This document shows positions 29,195 to 37,163 of a stretch of DNA of 64,000 nucleotides, piece by piece. A model generated the notes under the pieces. That model did no database searches. It saw nothing but the letters and a program-made list of their open reading frames with translations, and was not told the origin of the DNA. A program made the translations under genes and the position numbers. This DNA comes from Nitrospirota bacterium. GTDB taxonomy: Bacteria; Nitrospirota; UBA9217. Location of the stretch: NCBI GenBank assembly GCA_963663225.1, contig OY760142.1, positions 192,001-256,000 on the forward strand, read 5' to 3'. Position 1 is the stretch's first letter. Every line of letters begins with the position of its first letter.

Positions 29195-29905
29195 TTACCT
29201 TTGCAGGAGATCCCGCAAGAGGTTATCCAGTATCTCATACGCTTTTTGGTTTAAGTGTGTTCCGTCTCCACTGTTTAACTCATCACGAAGAGAACGCTCG
29301 CGGTCGCTTTTCCGTAATGCAGCCTCGAGGTCAATCAGCGTGATTTTCTCTTTTTTGGCGTAATCCCGAATCCAGTCATTGTAGGCCAAAATGCCTTCTA
29401 TTTTGCCTTGCACAGCCTCCGCGCGTGCGCGTGTAACAGGGACAACGGTCGCCAATATCACCTCTACGCGCGCGTCACGAATCCGCTTGACCCATTTTTG
29501 CACCAGTTCCTGCTGAAGGGCGATGTCGCCTGGAAAATAGGACGAACATTCTTTAATAACAATAATGTTCGGCAACACGGGTGACGGCCGGAAAAAACCC
29601 TTTATGTATGACAGCGTAAAGTGAAACTTTCTTTTCGGACGCATCAGGATTTCATCGATTGCTTCCGTTTTATCAAACTGATACACCGCTATAAATTCGA
29701 CGCTATGAGCGCGGTCACCCGTCCGCTGGGAATACTCTGCAAGTTTCCATGCCTTCCCGATGGAAGCCCCGACAAACATCACGTTTTTTTTGGAGGCATC
29801 CGCTTTACCCTGATCCTGGATTTGCGTACAACCGGTCAGCACAAGCAAGCCTGCCGCTACAACGAAGAATATTTTTTTTACGGCCTTAATCATAGAGAAC
29901 CTCAC
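29195..29905 (-). CDS. SGNH/GDSL-family lipoprotein (esterase or acyltransferase)
   Basis: Lipobox LVLTGC, block I FVGASIG, block V DGTHLN. Confidence 0.75.
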   Translation of the reverse strand: MRFSMIKAVKKIFFVVAAGLLVLTGCTQIQDQGKADASKKNVMFVGASIGKAWKLAEYSQRTGDRAHSVEFIAVYQFDKTEAIDEILMRPKRKFHFTLSYIKGFFRPSPVLPNIIVIKECSSYFPGDIALQQELVQKWVKRIRDARVEVILATVVPVTRARAEAVQGKIEGILAYNDWIRDYAKKEKITLIDLEAALRKSDRERSLRDELNSGDGTHLNQKAYEILDNLLRDLLQR

Positions 29906-30501
29906 GCAAGGTCATCCTTGAACAATTTCAGCAAATGTTGTTTTAAATGTTGGCTATTTTGGCGTGCATATTTTGTGGACCACCAATTTTCGTCATTTTC
30001 CAGCTGTATGTCGGGTGGCTTTTGCATCTTCCATCGCTCAAGACATTTTTCCTTGTATTTCAATACAGAACCGAACGGCCGCGCAGGCACTCCCATAACA
30101 ATAGTATCAGGGGGAACATCCGCGATCACAACTGAACCGGCACCGACAATCGAATTTTTTCCGATTCTGATACCCGGAAACAGGATGGCGTTCTGACCGA
30201 TGATGCAATTATCTTCTATTACGATGGGACCGAATATCTGAAGGTCCGGCACCTCATGCCTGAAAACCCAGGCGCCTCCATCGTGAGTCATGAATTTCAC
30301 TCCCTGAGCAATACCGACGTGATTTCCGATTTTAATGAGATACGGTTCAGTGCCGAGCTGGGTTGGAATTATTCTGCAATGCTCTCCTATCTGGACCCCT
30401 TGTTTTCTGAAATATTCCGCGATAGTATCCGCATTATACTTTCGAAGTTCATACGCTTGCAGCAACCGGGCTACAACTTTTTTAAGCACCTTAAAAATCA
30501 T
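29902..30501 (-). CDS. Hexapeptide-repeat acyltransferase
   Basis: EPYLIKIG, THDGG, IEDNCIIG, VGAGSVV, GVPAR. Confidence 0.88.
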   Translation of the reverse strand: MIFKVLKKVVARLLQAYELRKYNADTIAEYFRKQGVQIGEHCRIIPTQLGTEPYLIKIGNHVGIAQGVKFMTHDGGAWVFRHEVPDLQIFGPIVIEDNCIIGQNAILFPGIRIGKNSIVGAGSVVIADVPPDTIVMGVPARPFGSVLKYKEKCLERWKMQKPPDIQLENDENWWSTKYARQNSQHLKQHLLKLFKDDLA

Positions 30502-30527
30502 TGACCTGACTCCTTTTGTATTCCCGC

Positions 30528-32612
30528 CTAGTTTACAGCGTGTGCGTGAGCACGGTCGCTTTCGTCTGCCGTTAAAATGAGATCAACCAGCTCTTTTCTG
30601 GTTTCCTCAAAAAAATCTGGAGTCCATTCCGATTCTCCATCCTGACGACAGACTGGTTCTCCGGATTTGCCTCGGATTCTTGAGAAAAAGTCTTCATAAC
30701 GGGAAGTGTCTATTCCTTTCCGCTTCAATACAGAAACCCGCTTTACAAGCTGATACAGCAGCTTATGGTCATTAATCCCCTCGCGGATTGCTTCCCATTT
30801 GAGCGTCGGCACCGGACCGGACGGAGCTGGATAGGCCAGATACAGATCGTGCCCCGGTGTATCCGCCTTTTCCGGGAGGCCGCTTGCATTCTGCGTATTC
30901 TGAAATGTCCAGGATGACATTCCGTCAATGTTCTTCATCCACGTGTAATATCCGTACACATACCGTGCATAGGCGGGATTATCACATTGAGTAGTTATAT
31001 TATTATTGTATATCCAGTAACGTGAACCATTTTGATGGGCGGCCTGCATCTCGTGTTCATTCATTTCCGCAGAGCACAGATAATCAACCGGCGAGAACTG
31101 ATCGTATCGAAGAGACGTAAGCATTGTTTTTCCACCCGACTCTTTTACGGCCTTAAGCAGCACGGGCGTTACAGCATATCGTTTCTTCTGTAAATCCTGC
31201 TGTGAATCATCCGGTTCATCGATAGGTAAAAATATGACCGGTGGGCAGTGATTTTCTTTTGCAAATTCCGTAACTGTTCTGACAAGATGACGTAGACGCT
31301 CCTCGTGTACTTTTTGATCAAAACCTTTTATGTTTCCCGGATGCTTCGGTTTGGCAGTTTGGATAAGATGTCCCATATACCAGATGACAGGCTTTGTAAA
31401 TCCGGTGTCTCGTGCCGCGAGAAGAGCGGCGAAAACATCGTCCAGAACCAGGGTGCCGTCATCCCGGGTAAGAGCGACGAAGGGAGAATGGATTGAAAGC
31501 GTAGTCATGCCATGCTCTCTATAGTTTTTCAAAACTGCTCGCGCCGAGCGCCGGAGTTCGTTCTTCTCTTTCTCATTCCATGGAAAGACAAGCTCCGTAA
31601 ATTCGTACGTCATGAGCATGAAATAGTCTTTATCCGGGATATCTTCTGTAATAATGGGGAGAACCATAATCTGGAGCGGTATTGTTTTACTCTTCCCATA
31701 TTGCGGCAAAACCGTTATTGTTCCCGTGTACTTGCCCGGCAGAACGGATTGATCAATTTTTGCTGTTAGCCAGAAACGGCAATGACCTCCTTTTTTAACG
31801 GAAGTCTTGCTCTTAGATCTGATCAGGGCAGGGAGCCGCCTGAATTCTCCTGGCGGGAGGCCTGTCGAATCCTCTACTGATTCGACAACCCCGATTTTAA
31901 TTTTTTCTTTTGCGATGGTCCCCTGCGGGCCGTTCAAATCTTCAATTGCTAATTTTACCGTTCCGAGGTTCCTGCTAGAAAATAAGGAAATACTGATTGG
32001 AAGATATATATTTCGTGCCGTCCGTATTGATATTTCGCGAATGCTTTCCGCCGCTTCCGGCACCGTCCCCGGATATTCATAGAGTAGCGGAGACCGCAAA
32101 AAAACAACATAGCCGTCGGGGAAATCGACATCATTCGTTTTTATCTTCGCGGATTCATTCCGTAACGGCATCTCACGGTAGGCGATGGGAGTATGTATCC
32201 GTTCGGAATCGTTATAGTTCCTCAGCTCGGATTGCAATACAGACTGGGTAATAAAAACCGTGAAGATCCGTTGATCGTCTGCGGCCTCCAGCTGAATGTC
32301 GTATTTCCCTTCAGACAACGGGGATGGAAGATCGAAAAGAAGATTGCCGTTTTTCTCCCGTACCAGTATGGTCTGTGCCTGTGCAATAATATTGCCGTCC
32401 CGACAAAGAGTTCCTTTGACCTTCAGCCGGTCAATATGCTCCGCACCGCCAGAAACAGTAAACGCAGCATAAAGCGCTTTCTTCAGCTGAACTTGGTCAA
32501 GCACCGCTACTCTATCCCGAAGAATTAGAGAATCTATATGGATTGATTTTGTTTTGCAGGCTGGGCAAAGAACAGCAACGACAAGAGCAAATATCCCAAG
32601 AAGTCTTTTCAC
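30528..32612 (-). CDS. Exported (probable lipoprotein) glycoside-hydrolase-like protein (GH123/DUF4091-like)
   Basis: Signal peptide with Cys (LCPAC), FWLT...PGKYTGTI, PIDEPDD acidic pair, PTLKWEAIREGINDHK C-terminal motif. Confidence 0.6.
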   Translation of the reverse strand: MKRLLGIFALVVAVLCPACKTKSIHIDSLILRDRVAVLDQVQLKKALYAAFTVSGGAEHIDRLKVKGTLCRDGNIIAQAQTILVREKNGNLLFDLPSPLSEGKYDIQLEAADDQRIFTVFITQSVLQSELRNYNDSERIHTPIAYREMPLRNESAKIKTNDVDFPDGYVVFLRSPLLYEYPGTVPEAAESIREISIRTARNIYLPISISLFSSRNLGTVKLAIEDLNGPQGTIAKEKIKIGVVESVEDSTGLPPGEFRRLPALIRSKSKTSVKKGGHCRFWLTAKIDQSVLPGKYTGTITVLPQYGKSKTIPLQIMVLPIITEDIPDKDYFMLMTYEFTELVFPWNEKEKNELRRSARAVLKNYREHGMTTLSIHSPFVALTRDDGTLVLDDVFAALLAARDTGFTKPVIWYMGHLIQTAKPKHPGNIKGFDQKVHEERLRHLVRTVTEFAKENHCPPVIFLPIDEPDDSQQDLQKKRYAVTPVLLKAVKESGGKTMLTSLRYDQFSPVDYLCSAEMNEHEMQAAHQNGSRYWIYNNNITTQCDNPAYARYVYGYYTWMKNIDGMSSWTFQNTQNASGLPEKADTPGHDLYLAYPAPSGPVPTLKWEAIREGINDHKLLYQLVKRVSVLKRKGIDTSRYEDFFSRIRGKSGEPVCRQDGESEWTPDFFEETRKELVDLILTADESDRAHAHAVN

Positions 32613-32660
32613 AATCGTTCAGTCATCTATGATAAAGAGATGCAGAGGGTGAAATAAAGA

Positions 32661-33290
32661 TCACTTTTTATCCCGGTAGAGGCTGATAAGATGCTCCTGC
32701 AGTAACCTGCAATCACGGTTTTTCAGCTGCTGAATCCGTTCCGGCGACCGGGATTCGCTCTGCTGAATGCCTGCAAAATATGCCGAGGGACACTGTTTTT
32801 TCCATAATGCCAATACTTTCTCTTTATATTTGTCGGTCGTTGAAACAATTCTTGCAGGATTTCCGGCCACGATTGCTCCTTCAGGGACATCCTTGGTCAC
32901 AACTGCACCCGCCCCTACAATTGCATTCGGTCCGATTTTAACATTTCCCAGAATGATTGCGTTAAGGCCGATAAAACAATTATCGGCTATCTCAATGGGG
33001 CCGAACCGTTGCACGCTGGGGTGTTCGTCGGTAAAGATCCAAGGCGACCCGTCATGGCTCAGAAAAATCACGTTCGGTGCTATCGTGCAATGGCTGCCGA
33101 TTCTGATTAAATACGGCTCCTGTCCTAGCGAGCTTACGTATATTCTGTTGCGGTCGCCGATGATCGCTCCCTGCTTCCTAAAATATTCCGCAATGGTGAA
33201 TTCGTTGTACCGGTTCAGTTCAATACTATGCTGAATGCGCCGTTTTACGCTTTGTACAATTTTAATCAGTGCGTTTACCATCACAACCAC
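32661..33290 (-). CDS. Hexapeptide-repeat acyltransferase
   Basis: [37 protein letters not shown]. Confidence 0.88.
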   Translation of the reverse strand: MVVMVNALIKIVQSVKRRIQHSIELNRYNEFTIAEYFRKQGAIIGDRNRIYVSSLGQEPYLIRIGSHCTIAPNVIFLSHDGSPWIFTDEHPSVQRFGPIEIADNCFIGLNAIILGNVKIGPNAIVGAGAVVTKDVPEGAIVAGNPARIVSTTDKYKEKVLALWKKQCPSAYFAGIQQSESRSPERIQQLKNRDCRLLQEHLISLYRDKK

Positions 33291-33335
33291 CGAACCTCAC
33301 TTGCTTTTCTTGCGATAAGAACATCACCAACAGAT

Positions 33336-34355
33336 CTATAATCCCAGTTTCTTTTTTGCGTTATTTATAAACGCCAACTCCGGATCGGAGTATATTTTTT
33401 GATACCCGTCTTCCCTTGTCATTACTCCGTCCCGGACCATGTTGGCGATTTCCCACACGTACGGGTGAAAACCATGGCGTTTCAGATGGACATCATTCCC
33501 GAAGGCATTGAGAAGACAGTTCGTGGAATTGCTGTCCGTGTCCTGAGGCGCCGTCCACCCGAATTCTCCGATCTGTTCAACCAGTGTTCCTTCGTGGTAA
33601 AACTCCCAGGCCATGGGGTGAACGTTATAGGGGAACCGTTCCTGCATGGCGAAATGCTTCTCATTCAGAAAATATGATTCGATATCGGTTCCAGCCACTT
33701 CGCGCAGCGGATTCAGGACCGCTTCCTGCGACATTTTGACGAGTGACGGATTCGTTCTCATAATCGAGGACTGCACCGGCGCCTGTCCAGGCGACCACCC
33801 GTATCCGATCATGGGTATTTCCTGTTCAATGGCTGTTTTCAAACAGTATGACTTCACAATAGCCATACACGAGGTACAGATGGTACTTGCTCGTTCAAGC
33901 GTTTTTTTCGAATATAGATCGCGGTCTGCTGCAACTGCAAAAATTTTTTTCAAAATGTCCCAGCGCGGTTTGAAAAAAATATGGTCCACATTCAACCGAT
34001 CAGTCACCCGCCGAATGTTCGCCACGGCCGTCTCGGACACGAACCCGTTGTCCAGACTGACTGCCAGCACCCGCAGTCGGTATTTGTTTTTGAGCAGACT
34101 CATGGTGTAGGTCGAGTCTTTCCCGCCGCTATATGCCATCAAAATATCATAGGATCGGCGCCGGGCTGCCGGTCCTCCTGTCTGCTCCAGTAAATCCAGG
34201 AACTTCCGTTCATATCTTTTTTTGTCTTCGGCGTGTTTTTTTTCCTTTCCGGCGGCCTGCTGGCAGTGCACGCAAACACCGGCTTCATCAAAACTGATGC
34301 CGGGAAAGGTTCCCGGCAATATGCAGCGCGTACAAACGGTTATATTAGATGACAT
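33336..34355 (-). CDS. N-type ATP pyrophosphatase (PP-loop), N-acetyl-sugar amidotransferase (WbpG-like)
   Basis: CTRCILP...GVCVHC, YSGGKDS PP-loop, DNGF, CTSC, STNC. Start set at MSSNIT. Confidence 0.8.
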   Translation of the reverse strand: MSSNITVCTRCILPGTFPGISFDEAGVCVHCQQAAGKEKKHAEDKKRYERKFLDLLEQTGGPAARRRSYDILMAYSGGKDSTYTMSLLKNKYRLRVLAVSLDNGFVSETAVANIRRVTDRLNVDHIFFKPRWDILKKIFAVAADRDLYSKKTLERASTICTSCMAIVKSYCLKTAIEQEIPMIGYGWSPGQAPVQSSIMRTNPSLVKMSQEAVLNPLREVAGTDIESYFLNEKHFAMQERFPYNVHPMAWEFYHEGTLVEQIGEFGWTAPQDTDSNSTNCLLNAFGNDVHLKRHGFHPYVWEIANMVRDGVMTREDGYQKIYSDPELAFINNAKKKLGL

Positions 34356-35217
34356 GGTTTGCAGTCCTTTTCTTCGTGGCCCGTATTGCTCGTATTTTGT
34401 CTCCATCTTTGAAATACTCGATATTCTGATAACCGCCGCTTTTTTCGATTACTCGGGTGACCAGGGTCTCCTGCCGTTCACCGATTTCAAAGAGCAGGAC
34501 TCCGTCCGGCTTCAGCAACGGCTGCGCATCTGTGATCAGCCGGCGGTAGATGTTAATCCCGTATGGCCCGCCGTCAAGCGCGACGAGCGGCTCATGGTCA
34601 ATAATTTCGGCAGACAGTTTGCTGAGTGAGCTTGTCGGTATATAAGGCGGATTACATACGATGCAGTCTATATTTTCTTCGTATTCCACTCCTGCATAAG
34701 GCGCGAACAGGTCTCCGACCGCGAGAGAAATCCTGTCCTCGAGCTTGAACTTTGCCACGTTCCGGCGGGCTATCTCCACCGCGGCAGAACTGATGTCACT
34801 GGCCAGAACCGATACCTGTTGTGCCTGCAGGGCAATGGATACTGCGATGTTTCCGCAGCCGGTTCCTACTTCGATCAGCGTGAGGGTCTTGCCGGCAGAT
34901 TCTTTTTTACACAGCGATTCAAGAACTGCGTTCACTAATACTCTGGTTTCATCGGTCGGAATCAGCGTATCCGGAGTGCAGAAAAACATGCGTCCCATAA
35001 AATGCGCTTTACCGAGAATATACTCCCAGGGCATTCCTTTTTTCCTTTTTTGAATCGCAAGTTCAAGATTGATCTGTTCCCCCTCCGCATGCGTTAAGGT
35101 CGCTCCCCGCAGCGCGCCGCTCGACAGCAGGTCAAAAAGGCGCAAAGTCTCGTAAAGAGAGTTTTCCGTGCCGGCTTGTTCAATCAAAGTATAACTGCGT
35201 AAAAAATCATGGAACAT
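34345..35217 (-). CDS. prmC: PrmC/HemK-family SAM-dependent N-methyltransferase (divergent paralog inside the EPS locus)
   Basis: PWEYILG, LIPTDET (canonical LIPRPET), EVGTGCGNIA, NPPYIP, HEPLVALDGG, FEIG. Confidence 0.8.
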   Translation of the reverse strand: MFHDFLRSYTLIEQAGTENSLYETLRLFDLLSSGALRGATLTHAEGEQINLELAIQKRKKGMPWEYILGKAHFMGRMFFCTPDTLIPTDETRVLVNAVLESLCKKESAGKTLTLIEVGTGCGNIAVSIALQAQQVSVLASDISSAAVEIARRNVAKFKLEDRISLAVGDLFAPYAGVEYEENIDCIVCNPPYIPTSSLSKLSAEIIDHEPLVALDGGPYGINIYRRLITDAQPLLKPDGVLLFEIGERQETLVTRVIEKSGGYQNIEYFKDGDKIRAIRATKKRTANHVI

Positions 35218-35231
35218 GAATAATAACCTCG

Positions 35232-36782
35232 TTATTCGTTTACGGCCATCAAGAGTGTTTTGCTGATTTTACCCGTTGTAGTCTTTGGAAGAGTTTCCAG
35301 AATTTCTACATACTTGGGAACCATAAAGTTTTCGAGATGGTCCGCGCAATATTTCAAAATATCCTTTTCCGTCAGGCGCGCACCGTTCTCCAGCGCGACA
35401 TACGCTTTAATTGCCTGGCCGAAAATTTCATCCGGAACACCAACGACTGCCGCCTCCACAATGCCGTCGAGCGCATACAGTACATTTTCCACTTCCTTCG
35501 GACTGACTTTTTCACCCTTGCATTTTATGATATCGTCTTTTCTTGCAACAAAATAAAAATATCCGTCCTCGTCCGTTCTGAAAAGATCACCGGTGTATAA
35601 GAGCCGCTCTCCTGGATACGTGCCCGGCTTCAGACGTTTTGCCGTTTCTTCGGGCAGATCCCAATATCCAAGCATTACATTGGAACCTCTCACCACCAAT
35701 TCTCCCACCTCTCCGGGTGGCATCCGTCGGCCTTTTTCATCGACGATGAAAATTTCTTCATTCGGCATGCCTTTTCCCACGGAAGTGGGTTTTTTCTCAA
35801 GATCTGCCGGAGGCAGATAGGAAACCCGTTTGCATTCCGTCAAGCCGTACATCGAGTAGAGCTTTGCCTGGGGGAAAAGCTCACGCAATCTTTTTATATG
35901 GCTGACCGGCAGTGCCGCAGCGGTATTGGTAATGTACCGCAGAGTACTGAAGTCATATTTCTGAATATCTTTCATTTGCAGCAGAAGAGAAAAAATCGTC
36001 GGAACGCCGGGAAAACCCGTAACCTTTTCTTCAGTCATTACTTTAAGGACTTGAGCAGGGTAGGCAAAGGATTTTTCCAGCACGACGGTAGCGCCGACTC
36101 TGAATCCCATAAGAATCTGGTAAAGGCCGTAATCGAAGGTGAGCGGCAGCACATTGATAATGATATCCTGATCGGTATTGTCAAGATATGTCGTTATTGA
36201 ATGCGCAGCCGAAACCATGTTCAGGTGAGAGAGCATGACCCCTTTCGGATTTCCCGTTGATCCAGAAGTATAAACGATGGAAGCCAGATCGAGATCAATG
36301 CATGTTTTTTTTATGGAGCCGTTTATCGCATTGTTGCACGTAATTTTCTCAAAGGACAGAGGGGAGGACGCCAGACCGCTCCATATAACCGTTTGGAGAT
36401 GGGGGGAAGTCGTGGACGCCACGACGTCCTTCCGGGCGTTCTGGGTAATCATTACCTTTGCCCTGCTGTTGTTCAGAATATACTCAAGTTTTCCGGACTT
36501 GGTCGTGTGATTGATCATCATGAATGCCGCGTTTGCCTTGAGTATTCCGAAAAGCGCAATGACTGCTTCGACCGAGTTGTCCATGAATACGGCGACCCGG
36601 TCGCCGCGCTCAACTCCGGACGCCGCAAGAGCATGGGCAAGACGTTCTGAACGGGAATCTATATCAGCATACGTAAAACGCTTTCCCTGATAAATCAGCG
36701 CTGTTTTTTCCGGAAATTTTTGTGCGCTGGTTTCGAGAAAATGATTGACAAGTGTATGTCTGAACATGGCGGTGTCCATCAT
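35232..36782 (-). CDS. AMP-forming acyl/aminoacyl-carrier ligase
   Basis: YTSGSTGNPKG, LPLTFDYGLYQ, MYGLTECKR, YTGD, RKDDIIK, PKTTTGKI. Confidence 0.9.
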   Translation of the reverse strand: MMDTAMFRHTLVNHFLETSAQKFPEKTALIYQGKRFTYADIDSRSERLAHALAASGVERGDRVAVFMDNSVEAVIALFGILKANAAFMMINHTTKSGKLEYILNNSRAKVMITQNARKDVVASTTSPHLQTVIWSGLASSPLSFEKITCNNAINGSIKKTCIDLDLASIVYTSGSTGNPKGVMLSHLNMVSAAHSITTYLDNTDQDIIINVLPLTFDYGLYQILMGFRVGATVVLEKSFAYPAQVLKVMTEEKVTGFPGVPTIFSLLLQMKDIQKYDFSTLRYITNTAAALPVSHIKRLRELFPQAKLYSMYGLTECKRVSYLPPADLEKKPTSVGKGMPNEEIFIVDEKGRRMPPGEVGELVVRGSNVMLGYWDLPEETAKRLKPGTYPGERLLYTGDLFRTDEDGYFYFVARKDDIIKCKGEKVSPKEVENVLYALDGIVEAAVVGVPDEIFGQAIKAYVALENGARLTEKDILKYCADHLENFMVPKYVEILETLPKTTTGKISKTLLMAVNE

Positions 36783-37054
36783 CAGGCGTTTTGGACCGCA
36801 ACCGGTCCCGTACTTGCTTTTTTGGCGACAAAATCGGCGAGCTTGCCGATGGAATCAAAGTTATCGGGTATTATTTCATCATCGGTTACGGCGAACCCGA
36901 ATTTCTCTTCGACAAAGGACACTAGTTCGAGCACGCCGGTTGAGTCGATAATGCCTTTTTCCAGAAAAGAGACCTCGTCGGTCAGTGTATGGTCATCCTG
37001 ACCATATAAAAAGTTTTCTATGACAAAGGCTCTGATTACATCTTTCTGTTGCAT
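36782..37054 (-). CDS. Acyl/aminoacyl carrier protein
   Basis: FLEKGIIDSTGVLELV phosphopantetheine motif, PDNFDSI. ATG 37054 follows RBS AAGGGGAG. Confidence 0.92.
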   Translation of the reverse strand: MQQKDVIRAFVIENFLYGQDDHTLTDEVSFLEKGIIDSTGVLELVSFVEEKFGFAVTDDEIIPDNFDSIGKLADFVAKKASTGPVAVQNA

Positions 37055-37163
37055 AGTGGTGCTCCCCCTTTTGCTGGTTAATCGTATCTCTGTACACGTA
37101 TATGTATATGTTAAAATGCCCGATAGAGCTGAGTTGATATGCATCCAGACGATCGCGGGATAA

